Assembly (NCBI RefSeq): GCF_003918875.1
Contig: NW_025765461.1
Location: 62,001 to 126,000 of the forward strand
Length of the DNA stretch: 64,000 bases
Direction of reading: 5' to 3'
Source of the DNA: Haliotis rubra
Lineage: Eukaryota
This document shows positions 37,031 through 51,133 of the stretch, in pieces. The position numbers and the translations under genes were made by a program. Numbering within the stretch: position 1 is the stretch's first letter; each line of letters opens with the position of its first letter. Under the pieces are notes generated by a model. It was not told the DNA's origin, did no database searches, and worked only from the letters and a program-made list of their open reading frames with translations.

Positions 37031-38153
37031 CTCTTTCTGAAACCAAAAGATGGTATTCTGAAACGTATTGCAATGATCTGCACTGTAATCTCGAATATTT
37101 TAGTTGTTTCTATATTCTAACATTCTGCATCCTCTATTCCCGTATACCTTCATCCTAAACCCCAATCGAGTGGTACCTGCTGTGTTAAAGAAGTATAGGC
37201 AAATACGGTAGAATAACCAACTAACAGTGAGTGAGTGAGTGAGTGAATTTTAGCATTTCAATCAGCAAACTCCAGTACAACCTCCACGAAATCCAGATCA
37301 GATAAACCGGTGATAGGAACCCGATAACGCGCCATCAGTCTAACATCACAATCATCACCGTGTTATCGAACGTTTATTGTATCAAAGGCCATAGGCCCAC
37401 ATTCATGAAGTGCATATGCGTCAATATTTTCACAAAGATTCGCATTTCATTTCTGCTCTTGAAGAAATATTTGAAGCATAACATAACAAATCTTAAATCT
37501 TGATAGTTTGTGGTTACCATGGGCATATGCATTGTTGTGCTGACGGTCAAATTGAATGTTTATTTGGTATGTATTGCTGTCGAACGTTAAAGATAGACAT
37601 ATAGAGTGAAATGGTACAGATCTTCGAAACTGTTTAACTTACATGTACATACTATTTCAGACTTTGCAAGTTTATGAGGTCTCCTTGTATCAATATTTAG
37701 CCTTGTACATCCTCGAGCACGAGCAAGGTCGTTTGCAAATATACACAAGGTCGAATCTATTACATATTTCCCTGCTTCAATGCAAATCTTTAAACGTGCA
37801 TGTCTAGTGCTATGGGCTAATATATTTGTCCATTCTTGGGTGTACGTATATCTTAATCTGGTTTGAAAAATGTTAAGCTAGCTATACATCCAACGTCTGG
37901 GTAGACCCAAATATGACCAGGACCTGAACTAAATAAAATATGTCTAACATTACTTGCTCAATTTAGTCTACCTACTGAATCAACTGAATAAAGATTAACC
38001 AACGTTCTGTAGCCTTATCAGCTCTCCGTGACACCACCAGTGGAGTACATTACACAACAGGTACACGGCGTTTTCACTCAGTCTCAGTCAGAGATAAACA
38101 AAGAGACGTGTGTACCAGTAAGTATTAATTGTACAGAAATTATTTTGACTCAC

Positions 38154-38310
38154 CCAGGAAACACAAATTACTAAAAATGCCAGACATGTCGGTGACAACA
38201 CTGCAGTCAGTGCATTAAAATACAACGCGTTCAATGCCCTGCCTGTTTAAAGTCTGAAGTACACGTAGATGGTACATAGATATAGAGTATACGTTATAGG
38301 TATTATAAAG
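38154..38310 (-). promoter_or_regulatory. Putative non-coding exon 1 and promoter of the 37030 gene
   Basis: Donor cctgg|gtgagt at 38154/38153; TA-rich motifs at about 38245 and 38303. Confidence 0.35.
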
Positions 38311-41300
38311 CTATAATCCAGTCTAAACGTCAACTCAAACATCTCTCACTCCTTCCATCGTACCTTCGGAATTCCAGTGTATTTTCACACATTTGTATTT
38401 TCAGAAACAACTACATTTTATTTAATTTGAAAAAATATACAGACAGAATATTTCGTTTTATTTAATATTCAGTCAGTATGTACATGATATACAAGTGGAA
38501 TAATATACTTTTTCGTATTTTCAATAAAATACATTCGAGGTCCTATGACGCATATGATTCCGCGAATAGCCTCTGAAAAGTTTCCTATTTTCGCTTTCGC
38601 TCTTTAGTGTCGTGTTATTGATCAAAAGTTTTACTGTAAATAGGAAGGAGACAACCCGTCCATAATCATAATTTACGACAAAATCTGATTGTATTGTACG
38701 ATTCCGACCGAACCTCTGAAAAAGCCCACAATCCCAAGTCAGTGCATGCAACAAACATGGCCGTCCTGTCAGTCTATTGTAAATGCATGTAGGACCATGT
38801 CCTTTACAGTGCTTCTAAACAATGTTTTAACGAAATACACCCATTATCGATTTACACACATTCTTCTATGTCCGTCAGTGGGCAAAAATGCTCTGTGAAA
38901 TATTGATACATGTACTAACCTTGTTTGGACTTGAAAGTATATGCGGCTGCGAGCATAGAATTGTCACCAGAGCTATGACGTGTTCATATGCACTGCGCAT
39001 GCGCAGGGCGAGCTCTGTTGCTGACTGTTATGCAATACTACTAGACTTACGCTTTGTCTCTGAAAATACATAATTTTGATAGAAATACCTTCCAAGCTCA
39101 GGGGCAATACATCGAGTTTATTTCTTTGCGTAATTTGATAGACCTCCAGACATAAATACTTGCTTGGTGGTTAAGGTGGAGTTTAATAACATAAGTGAAC
39201 AGGTCGTTCGGGTGAAAAATACCACACAGCCCAAGACTGACCTAAAATACTATAAACACCACAGGCACCATAATCACAGCATGTCTCAAAATAATAACAG
39301 AGCTGTGAGTCAAAATGAAAAAAAACAAGATAAAATAATGTGTCATGAGGCTGAGTATTATTATATTTAAATACAAAAAAACGAGGGCAGGGACGGAGGG
39401 AGGGTGATTAAGAAAATTATATAAGTTGGGAATAAAAAAGAAAGCTGCACATGCATGACAGGAAAGGAGAGGACGCATGCGTGGTAGTGAACAAGACAGA
39501 CAGTTCCGGTTTATATGCAAATTAGACATCATGACACATGATTTTGCAATTTGCTAGACCTCCATATACACAGTTAAGAAGATAACAAACACTTGTTTGG
39601 TGGTTTAGGTGGAGTTTAATACGATAGGTAAACACGTCGTTTAGGTGAAAAATATCACACAGACCAAGACTGACCTAAAATACTATAAACACCACAGACA
39701 CCAAGGCAAAGCCCGCCAAACAGGAGAGAGAATAAAAAAACCCAAACTGAACAGTAAAAATGTCTACAAAACATCACTTCACCACTTGTGATATTAACCA
39801 TATAACTGTAGGCAGAAACTAACATTGAAGGGGAAACTAGATTGTAGACTAAGGAAATCGCCACCGACAGATCCCAAAAGGTAACACACTTGAAAGATCG
39901 AGCACCATTCTGTCCATATATCTATTTCTCAAAACAGGTTGAAAAGTAAAAATGTGAAACATAACATCTAAACCAAAATGAAGCCACGTTGAAAATATAA
40001 GTTCAAACAGCTACGCAGATCCATCATTACAAGAAAAAACATTTTCTGATGAGCAGTCGTTAAAAATTAAATTAAAAGGTTTTTCAGCCTGAAAGAAAAC
40101 CAAGGAAATACAAAAACTGGAAATGGGTGAATATAGATGTGACAAGTTAAGAATAAAAATTCGAGTGACGACATGGGAAGGTACTGTACACTGACTGTTC
40201 GAAGTATTCCCCAGCCCGGAGGCCCAGCGCCGGTTGTTATTGTATCAGGCCGGAAGTTTCACATATGTGCAGGCCCTTGTGGCCTTCAGTAAATTATGTC
40301 ATTTTGTTTTTCAACTGGAATTTTTCCCATAATTGTTCTCTTTATTAACGTTCGTGAATCCTCCATAATCCACCATGTTACGATAACTTACAGTTTCACT
40401 TCCTGGCTTTGTGCATAGAAAAGTCAACACCAGCCTTTAACAAATAAAAACCTCTCTCTGCGCCATAGGCTTCGCAAACTGATTTTGTAGAAACAGTGAG
40501 AAAAAGTGTACAGTGTAGTATAGTTTGATTTTATTGATTTGACTTTAACAAAATGGGCCTGGAGATTTCGCCCTTTGCCTGTAGATTTTATAGCCTGCAT
40601 TTTACAACCCAAAAGTACTAGAATCTGAACTTTACTAAGAAAGTGTAATCCCAAATAGAACATATGTTACATTTGACCACTTTCTAAAATGGGCCTGGAG
40701 ATTTCACCATGGGCCTGGAGATTTTATAGCCTGCATTTTACAACCCAAAAGTACTAGAATCAGGTACTTTACTAAGAAAGTGTAATCCCAAATAGAACAT
40801 ATGTTACATTTGACCACTTTCTAAAATGGGCCTGGAGATTTCACCATGGGCCTGGAGATTTTATAGCCTGCAGGCGGCAGCAGGCCATGAAGGCCATAGG
40901 GAAAATTTAAGCACCGCAAACACTGCATTCACCAAGTTATTTAAATGTTTTTGCCATTCTGGCAGAAACTCGGGACAGAATGAGTGGTGAGTGTTTGACA
41001 TATCCCTTTTTAGACGACGATGGCCAAAAGACGATTGCACAAAAGCCACTGTAGCTGCATCCAGCAAAGCACCACTCTTTCTCAAGCTGTGGAACGAGTA
41101 TAATTGAGAGTCAAGGCTACATTTGTGTAGAAGGCTGTTAAACTTTTGATCCCAATTGCTGTCGAGACCAAGGACGTAGCTGCCCCTTGTAGCACTGAAC
41201 GAAGGCTGGATCAGAAGGTCTGGCTAGTATGGCACTCACCATACAACAATAAGCACGCACAGGGCAGCATAATGAATGAGGCATTCTTTTTATAGGCACA

Positions 41301-41559
41301 TATTTCACTGATCAACGTGACTGTAGAGATTTAATCCATTAATCCGAATGGTCAATCCTGACACACCCAAATAAATGCCATCTCTTGTAAACTGTTTAGA
41401 ATGGTCAACAAGCTTCCAGTTGACCCAACGAAGTGTGATTTTATGAGCAGAGCAAAAGATGCAAGTAAAATGATCGCCCATAGGGATAAACCTTCATTGT
41501 TGTGATGATCAATATGATAGAACATGGCTTCCAAGTGCCAAGGCCATACAGGTAGGCGA

Positions 41560-44500
41560 CATTGTTTAAGTTGTACATACGCTTTCAGACTTTGCAATTT
41601 TATGTCTGAATATCAATAGTTAGCTTTGTACTTACAACCCGAGCAAAGTCGGTTGCAAATGTACACAAGATTGAATCTATTACATATTTCTCTGCTTCAA
41701 GGCTATTCATAATGTTCTAGATGCTAATATATTTGTCCATTCTTGGGTGTACGTATATTTAAATCTGGTCTGACAAATGCTAAGAAAGCTCGGTATACAT
41801 CCGGCGTCTTGGTAGACCCAAACATGACTAGGACCTTGACTAAATAAAATATGTGTAACATTTACTTGCTCAGTTCAGTCTACCTACTGAATCAACTGAA
41901 TAAAGATTAAGCAACGTTCTGTAGCCTTATCAGCGCACCGTGACACCACCAGTGGTGTACATTACACAACAGGTACACGGCGTTTTCACTCAGTCTCAGT
42001 CAGAGATAACACAAAGACGTGTATACCTATACCAATGAATTGTACAGCAATCATACTGACTCACTGAGGAAACAAAACACAGTAACCCCTCATTCTACCA
42101 TGGCTACGTGAAATGCTCGAATTTGATTGGTCAAGCCATAAAATAAGACGGTATCAATTTGGATTGAAAATGCGTCTGATTTCACGGCGTTTCACTGCTC
42201 ACGCATACAACACTGCCGCACTACTTCAGCTTGGCCACCAACATGACTAATATCAACACAACAGACGTGATGGAAATGCTGATGAAACATTTATTAAAAC
42301 TCGAAAAATACAATTATACGATTTCTCCTCCACAATTATTAGGGGACCTCACTATCATAATTATTACCTCCTATTATAAAAATATTCAAAAACAATTACA
42401 ATACACAGCCCCAAACATACACAAACATATAAATCAGAAAACCTTGTAAAAATACATCCATATCTATCCCTATTTGTGCGGCAAACGTTCGTAAACATTT
42501 ACCTACTTGGTAAATGGTATATTTGTTTCCGTTTAGAATGGGAAATTCGCAAGACAACGGTCAGGCGAAACACAAAATTCGCCACTCATACTCCATCATG
42601 TCCCGTTGCATCGTTCAAAATGTCAAAAACTGAACCATGTAAATTCAGTTCTCTGCCACCTTCCCCGAAGGCTGTCACTGCTATGTTCGTACACTTTGAA
42701 AAGCTTGGCCACAATCCAGTCCCAAATGATGAGAACAATGTTCCAAGGAATCCCAGGTCAGTCGCATGTACACAAAGCTGCACTGTCACTCTTCCTTGCA
42801 TGCCGGGGTGGAGGTACGTACGTGAAATCATGATCGACACCCGCCGGTCATTAAAATCAACAGTCTTTGATGAGTTACAGGTTATAGGTCGATCAGAAGA
42901 GGATCTATTCTTCGATTCTGCAGGTCTCAGGTTCGACAGTCAGTCAAGTATTTTCCACTGTCACGTCGAATTTCAACCTTTCGCAAAATGTAAACACTGG
43001 CTCGTCCGCCATTTCAAACTGTTGCGTAACTGTCTACTTCCAAGAAAATAAGTAGGTCAGACGATTCCATTATAGTGTGGCCAGGGGGATACAGTAATAC
43101 GGCACACAAAACAATAGGCTGGTTTCGGTCTTGTAGAGTTATGATTATAAAAACCAAGCTCTTAGGTGTTACATTATTGCATTGAATAAATAGTAGTTTG
43201 TTTTCTTTTGACCGAATATTTTTTATGTTGCAATGTTAAAAAAAATTAGAACGGAACCTACCACTCCTTTATCAGACGAGTTCAATTCGTCTCTCATCCC
43301 ATGCCGGATTACGCAGTGTCTTCCGCAGGGCGAGGAAGTTCGATGTTAAATCGGTTATGGTAGAATGGAGATAAACATACTGTGTTTGGAAATTAGATGA
43401 ATGTTAGACCGAATTGATAGTCTCTAAATTAATCATTTGAAACCTCACGCTACGCGTTCGGCTTCAAATAAAATTTAGAGACTATCGATTCGGTCTAACA
43501 TTCATCTAATTTCCAAACACAGTACGTTTATCTCCTAATTTTACCATGAATCAAGAAAATACTAGATTCTGATTGGTTGTTCAGAAAAATCAGACGGCAT
43601 CAATTGTGGATTGACGCTCATCTGATTGTAAGGCCGCTTCACCGCGCATTAACAAATCTTATTGTGAGAACTACTTCCGTTTGACCACAATGATGGCGGA
43701 TCATAACAACAACTCCATGGATTTTGACGCTGACTTTCGAATTTTCCACACAGGCAATTGGAAATTTTTGGATTAAAAATGCGTTTGATTTCATTGCGCT
43801 TCACTGCGCACGTATAGAACACTGCCGCACTACTTCAGTTTGACCACCAACATGACTAATATCAACACAACAGACGTGATGGAAATGCTGATAAAACATT
43901 TATTTAAACTCGAAAAATACAGTTATATGATTTCCCCCCCAACAATTATGAGGGAACCTCACTATCATATTACCTTCTATTATAAATATTCAAACTCAAT
44001 TACAATACACAGCCCCAAACATAAACAAAACAATATCTAACATATAAATCAGAAAGCCTTGTAAAAATACATCCCTATTTATACAAAATATGCAGCAAAA
44101 CATTTTTAGTAAACTTTTACCTACCTGGTAAATGGTATATTTAATTCCGTTTAGAATGGGAAATTTGCAAGATAGATCTAACGGTCTGGCGAAACACCAC
44201 ATTTATGCCACTCATAGTCATACTCCATCATATCCCGTTGCATCGTTCACAAAATAATTCTGCTCTCTGCCAGTTTCCCCGCAAGGTTGTCACTGTTATT
44301 TTCATCTACTTTGAAAAACGCTTGGACACAGCCCAGTCCCAAACGATTAATACAAAGTTCCAAGGAATCACAAGTTAGTCGCATGTACAATAAGCAGCAG
44401 TACTGTCACTCTTTTGTCGCATGCCGGAGTGGAGGCAGTACGTGAAATCATGATCGGCCGGTCATAAAAATCAACAGTCTTTGATAAGTTACAGGTCGTA

Positions 44501-45450
44501 GGTTGATCAGGAAAGGATCTATTCTTCGATTCTGCAGGGTTCAGATTCAACAGTCAGTCAAGTATTGTCCACTGTCACTTCAAATTTCAACCTTTCGCAA
44601 AATGTAAACAACACTGGCTCGTCCGCCATTTCAAACTGTTGCGTAACTGTCTACTTCCAAGAAAATACGTAGGTCAGACGATTCCATTATAGTGTGGCCA
44701 GGGGGGTACAGTTTCACGGCACACAAAACAATAGGCTGGTTTTAGTCGTGTGGAGTTGGTATTACTCGGGTATTACCTAATTGCATTGAATAAACAGTAG
44801 TTTGATTTCTTTGGACAGAATATTGTTATGTTGTAATGTTAAAAAAATACGAACAGCATCTACCACTCCCTTCACAGACGAGTTCAATTCGCCTCTCGTC
44901 CCATGCCGGATTACGCAGTGTCTTCCGCAGAGCGAGGAAGTTTGATTTTAAATGGGTCATGGTAGAATGGAGATAACCCTAGTGTGTTTATCTCCTAAGT
45001 GGCCCCTCAGTTTTCACGCCTTGTTAACAACCCTTCCCAGAGTGGCCCCTGAACCCTTAGGTATTAGGAAGGTGACAACCCATCCATAATCATACTGGAT
45101 GGCAAAAGCTGATTGTCTTGTACGGTTCCGTCTGATCCTCTGAAACAGTGCACAATCCCATGTTTCTGCATGCAACAAACATGGCCGACTTTCCAGTCTA
45201 TTGTAAATGCATGTAGGATAACGTCCTTTACTGTGCCTCAAATCAATGTTTAACGAAACACACACATAAACGATTTACACACATTGTTAGTCGTTAGTAG
45301 TCAAAAATACGCTATGAAATATTCGTACTAACCTTATTTGAGACTTGAAAGTATGCGCGATTGTAAGCATAGAATTGTCACCAGGCCTATGACGTGACCA
45401 TTTGCAAGGCGCATGTGTAAAGTTGTTCTGTTGCTGACAGTGTATAAGGG
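41560..45450 (+). repeat. Diverged duplicate of about 37630-39030, interrupted by two palindrome-ended elements
   Basis: 41560-42080 matches 37630-38165; 45060-45450 matches 38620-39030. Confidence 0.8.
42091..44998. mobile_element. Two head-to-tail copies of a 1.45-kb non-autonomous element (42091-43538, 43539-44998)
   Basis: Copies are homologous; short IR cattctaccat/atggtagaatg; terminal palindrome 43368-43537, reduced in copy 2. Confidence 0.7.
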
Positions 45451-46273
45451 CTGTTTCCAAAGAATTTTACTGTTGTCATTTTCCTTGACGCCCTCCTCAT
45501 ATTATGGGTCGTATTTTGGTTGAACCACAAGCATTGCAAAGACGGTAATAAAACGACGGTTGCATGCAATTACTTCACTTAGATTACTTGTCTTCGTGCC
45601 AACGCTAGGAATCCTCTGACTGTTGGACAGACTCGTGAAAATCTTTACATCATCTACATTTCATATTTACATTATAAATCACATATTGAGGAGAAAGTGA
45701 CTGGCCCTTACCAACAACCAGAAAATCTTTTGTTTCACTTACCAGACCAGCCAGACGTCATCCAAGCGAAGAAGTCGGCATGGTTGCCGTTCTCCTCAAC
45801 ACACTGCACACATCAGTGCAAGTTGATATGACTTATATCGCATACTGTTCAAACTAAATCAGGTGAAAAGGTGAATGGGGTTTAACGTGAGGTAGCTGTT
45901 TTGTTTGAGCTACACAGCAACACATCTATTATAGGCGGATGCAGAGGGGGGTTGGGGTGCTCCCCTCTTTTGTCCTGAAAGTTGATATGACCATTGAAAC
46001 TCTCTCGTGAAAACGGGTGATACTGAACTGTGCACTGCACCTTTCTCGAAATGCTGTATCCGCCCCTGCCACATATATGTCCGACTACCCGTAGTTGTCC
46101 GGACTTCTGTATTTTTGTGCCTGTCAACCGATTTTTACATTAATAATGTACTCCAAATTTGTCAGTTCTTGGGTTATTCCCCTCCATCCGAATGATGGCG
46201 GGGTAGGTAGAATCTTTTGAGACGACGCACACAGGTGTTTGAATAGCATTCTGGTTATCAATGACTAGATCAG

Positions 46274-46379
46274 GGTCCCGATTCACAGAGCGTTCGTAAA
46301 GTTACGACAGGTCGTAATCTATAGTTTATCATAGGCTTACGAATGTCGTAGCGCTATGGATGTTTTGTGGATCGGGACC
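46274..46379. mobile_element. Small Harbinger-type MITE
   Basis: TIR ggtcccgattcaca / tgtggatcgggacc; CAG duplicated. Confidence 0.75.
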
Positions 46380-46404
46380 CAGAAGCGACATTTATATATA
46401 TATA

Positions 46405-48384
46405 ATGCCCCCATTTCACTGGGCTACGACCTATCAAGACTACCCCGACTAGTGCCGATTCGTCACCTACGATGTTATCGTTCTCAAACGGCCAGTTTTT
46501 GTTTATATTTTCCTTTTCTACGCAGTATCTACGGTAAACCTACGTAATGGACTGTAATCTTACGTGTATAAACGCCGATAACACTGCGATTGAGCACCCG
46601 TTGTTGATACGGTTTCCCCCAGTATTGGCTGATTGGCTACGTTTAAATCACGTTTCTGCGGCGATATATCTACGATTCACTCCCTGTTCCTCACCGACAC
46701 AGTGATGTAAAGCTTACAATATTGAAGACCCATTGCCGTAATTGCCGATTACACGCGAAGGTTACCGATTGACGCCGAGTAAAGTACGTACATAATTGCC
46801 GAGGAAGACATAAAATCAGCCTCCAAACCACAAAATGGACCCGTTTCTGGGCCATAAAACCTGACGATTACAGCCGATTCTAATTATCTAGCAACCTGCT
46901 CACAGCTGCACAACTACTTCTTCTGCTGCAACAACGTATGGGATTGGAGATAGATATCTATGAATATGAACCAGACACCAAAAAAAGAAGAAGAAAACAG
47001 AAACGGTTTTGGGTACGTCCGTGGTTGAGGTTGGAAACTATGACAATTTCCTATCTGAACTCAGATTCGAAGACACGTCTTCTTCTTAAACTATCTGCAA
47101 ATGCCTCCTACTATGTTTGATGAACTGCTTAATTCGCTGTCTCCTAGACTTACCAGGAAAGACACCAACTTCAGGTTAGCTCTGCACCCTGGTCTGTTAG
47201 CAGTTAGCAGTTACCATAGCCTCTGGACACCTAGCCTCTGGAGACAAGCACCCCCTCCCACTCAGAGTGTCAAGACATCCCAAAGCCATCTTTCTCCTAA
47301 AGGTGTGCCAAGCCATCGTAGTCCACTACAAGGATACAGTGATGGCATGTCCTGTCACTCAAGGGGATTGGAAGATCATCTCTCTGGAATTCGAGCTGAG
47401 ATGGAATCTCGCTCATGCTGTTGTTGCCCTCGATGGAAAACACATCGCGATTCGTAAGCCACCTGGTAGTAGACGCCTCCACCACAATTACAAGGGTTTC
47501 TTCTCCATTGTCCTGTTGGCCCTTGTAGATGCTAATTACAGATTTCTGTGGGTGGACGTCGGAAGGGGTCGTATGTCAGATGCACAAATCTTCAATGCCG
47601 CAGAGTCGAAGGAGTGCATAGAAAATGACAACAAATGCTTGCCCAAACCTGAACCATTGCCAAATAGTTATCTGGATATGCCTTTCTTTATACTTGCAGA
47701 TAATGCATTTGTCCTTCGTCAAATGAAACCCTACTCAAGAAGAGGTCTGTCAGAAGCTGAACTGATTGCCAACTACAGGATCTCCAGTGCATGAGAGTCG
47801 TTGAGAATGCCTTTGGTATTCTTGCTAATCGATGGCAATGTCTTCTCAACACTTCGCAACAGGGTGGTGGGGTGGGCGATCTCACCCTCTTCCTGTTGGC
47901 TGTTCTCTTTGTTCTGGCCATGTTTCAAAGTTTCCATTACAGCAGTTGCAATTGGAGTGATGTTGACTTTTATCGCCTGTGCTTTTATACTTTTTCTGTC
48001 AGTCTGATGTGAATCGTGCAAATCGTGAGTATAGCCTGAACTTTATGTAAGTGGACCTTGTCTTATTTGGGAGGAATCGTGCTGATTCGTGGCTTTTGAC
48101 AGCTCTGCTTTGTTAGGCAATCAGCTTGTCGGTTCCATGTTGGAGATGTATTAGGCGTTAATCGTGGTTGATCGGGTGTGAAGCCTGGCATTACGAGGAT
48201 GACACGTGGCCGTTTCTGCCTCTCAATAATGGTAGGACTCGTTCACGCTTACTATGCAGACACACTCACGTATCTTGCTTATCTCTGCCGACTACTCCAG
48301 GTATATTTCCGACATTATGCAATCGCTGGCGATTTTTTTTACAAATGCAATCGGACCGATCGCAGCCAAGTGAAATGGGGGTAT
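46405..48384 (+). mobile_element. PIF/Harbinger transposon, internally deleted, with a pseudogenised transposase (about 46835-47865)
   Basis: TIRs cccccatttcact / agtgaaatggggg; RFWVRPWL; ALDGKHIAI; NYKGFFSIVLLALVDANYRF; ADNAF; RVVENAFGILANRW; frameshifts and stops. Confidence 0.92.
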
Positions 48385-48599
48385 TACAACATAAGAACCC
48401 GATGAAGACATTTTTTAAACAAATATTCCTTGCAATATATTTAGCAGTGTCAGCTATGACAGCGCACCACTCAAACTGTCATTCTTTGAGATGAAAAACA
48501 AACGATTTATATTGTCTTTTTTCGTGTGCTTTGTACATCTGGACATAGTACATAACAAGTTGAAGCTAATGCTTTTGCGATTCTGTATGGAATCCTGGA

Positions 48600-49030
48600 A
48601 GGGACATTGTCGCGTTGTCGCATTGTCGTGTTGTCGCCCCTCTCAAATACAAGCAAAATTAAACAAAACGCGCGATGTGACATCGCAACAACGCAACATT
48701 TCGCCCATTTGTCGCATTGTCGCGATGTCGCGTGTCGCGTTTTGAATAATATATTTTTCATTCCTCCAAAGGGCGACACGCAACATAGCGACAACTTTCA
48801 AGGTCAAAATATGTCGCATTGTCGCGCATCGCCCTATGTAAGATGTGTAAAACAGCCTAAAAAGGACAATGCGACAACACAACATTTTGATGAAATGTCG
48901 CGTTGTCGCATTGTGCGTGTCGTCTTTGTTATTGAGTATAGTATGTATTATAACATGCCTAAGACGCGACAATGCGACATATTTGTCGCGATTGTCGCGA
49001 CAATCGCGTTTTCGCCCTTTCGATTACCGG
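48600..49030. repeat. Dense ttgtcgc/gcgacaa motif region, probably DNA-transposon subterminal repeats; related piece at about 50505-50610
   Basis: Many short direct and inverted tgtcgc motifs. Confidence 0.55.
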
Positions 49031-49866
49031 TGTGCATGTGTAGAAAGTCAATTAGTCTACGCATGTGCAGACAATATTATACTCTATTTCAGACTTCACT
49101 GGCCTTTTGTTACCTCTAATGGTTTTTACAATGTAGTAGTGCTCGTAATTGCAATGGGGCTGCTTTTCTTGAACTTAATGGAAATCTTTCATTGTTGCTT
49201 CATTATTTTATATATTGTAACTGTGTTTAGCCAATCAAGTGTGTTTCAGCAGCCAGACAAATTATTAGCGCTACTATTCATTGTAATCACGGCACACGGT
49301 GGCCCTGTCATTCAAGGCGAGGCAATTTGCTATGCAGGGTTGTGTCTCTTAGTCACACTAGATAACTATGATCATAGGTTCGAGTCCCAGCACCATACAT
49401 ATTCATCACTTTGAACATTTCACTTATATCAAGCTCACAGGTTGTGAAAAAACTCAAATATTGTTAAAATTCAGGCCACATCGGCATAAACATCAGGTGA
49501 AGTCCTCCAATGGGTCACTATGTTCGACAGTGTGGCTCCTGACAGAGTTTCTTGGTACAGTCCTGTCCGACGCTGATGAATTTGTCCGACATCTGCCTCT
49601 GTTCAACCAGCAGTGGATGGATACCAGGTAGAATGAGATGGTAATATCACTTAACCATCCAGCACCTCAAAGACAGTTTAGGTCGGCTTTGAACGTGATA
49701 TTCTACTTGGGAAACCGCCATACAAATGGACTATTATCATTATGGTATTAGAAACGATGAAATCGCTTAGCAGAGTTGCGTACCCTTGGAGTGGCAGAAA
49801 CCAACCCTCCCTCTCTCACTCCTCTCACTCCGCCCCACTCTGCTCTTCTCCACCCCGCTCTTCTCC

Positions 49867-50046
49867 NNNNNNNNNNNNNNNNNNNNNNNNNNNNNNNNNN
49901 NNNNNNNNNNNNNNNNNNNNNNNNNNNNNNNNNNNNNNNNNNNNNNNNNNNNNNNNNNNNNNNNNNNNNNNNNNNNNNNNNNNNNNNNNNNNNNNNNNNN
50001 NNNNNNNNNNNNNNNNNNNNNNNNNNNNNNNNNNNNNNNNNNNNNN
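49867..50046. other. Assembly gap within a CT-rich simple repeat
   Basis: N run flanked by (CTCT/CTCCA)n. Confidence 1.
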
Positions 50047-51133
50047 TCCGCTCTCTCCTCTCCTCTCCGCACCTCTCCTCTCCGCTCCTCTCCTTTCCAC
50101 TCCACTCCACTCCTCTCCTCTCCGCTCCACTCCACTTTCACTCCTCACTCACTCAAGGTTTAGTGAACTTGGTAAATTAGCAAGATATTTCATTACAATA
50201 ATGTGTTGTGATGTCTGTTTTTGAATTCTATTTGAATCCTATATTATTTATAATAATAATAATATACCAAGCGATACACATGTATTTGTATCGTTTCAAA
50301 CATACACCTACTCAATCAAAATAATTTTCAGCAAAATGGCCAGTTTCAACATATCCATTCCATTAACCAAGAACTCTTAACCCACAGACTTCACGGCCAC
50401 ATTTATTATTACTCTGAGTTCCATCCCTGTGTATCTTAGCCCTTTAAAAACATCTAAACATAATCATCCTTAGTTATAATTTTGAAATTCCGCGGTAACT
50501 AATAAAACGCGACACGCCAATGCGATAATGCAACATTTTGATGAAATGTCGCTTTGTCACATTGTCGCGTGTCGCGCTTTGTTAAAATATTGATTATAGT
50601 ATGCATTATATAACCACAGGAGTTCGAATCACTGTTTGGACAATACAAATAAAAATCTAGACTTTTGCAATCGTATATTGTTCTTTTTTATGTTATAAAT
50701 AACCTATATTTCAAATTTGAACGAGATCTGTGAAGAAATGAATTTTTAAGAAAATTCTACCGCTACACTCATTACATACAATACTCAAAGGGTGACACTC
50801 GCGATGCTCAAAGACTTATCGAAAACCGGACAGCCCGACTATTTTAACGTGCGGTGCAATCAAAACTTACGTTTTTCACAAAACATTGTTTTGAGCTTGT
50901 AGGTTATTCTTTTACCTTTCTGCTCATTGTATTCAATTTGTCTACCCGCTTTTGATATTTGAACACTCACCCTCGCATAAGCACTACCCTCTGCTTTGAA
51001 TAAATGTCTGGCCTCTCTTCGGTAAACATCGACAGTTTTCGTAAATCTTTCCGTGTACGCAAACGTTATTTATGTAGATTCGAGACACGAAAATCGTTAC
51101 AATAACAAAGACCCCATTTTCAACACCGACATG

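Noticed and set aside
42476-43051. 191-aa ORF
   Set aside because: Lies in a repeated element, the second copy is disrupted, and no domain is recognisable
47866-47921. Histone H3 gene
   Set aside because: Only the first ~8 residues resemble H3; there is no histone fold and it lies inside Harbinger TIRs
48491-49414. Cys/Arg-rich ORFs
   Set aside because: They derive largely from tgtcgc motif repeats and AT-rich sequence
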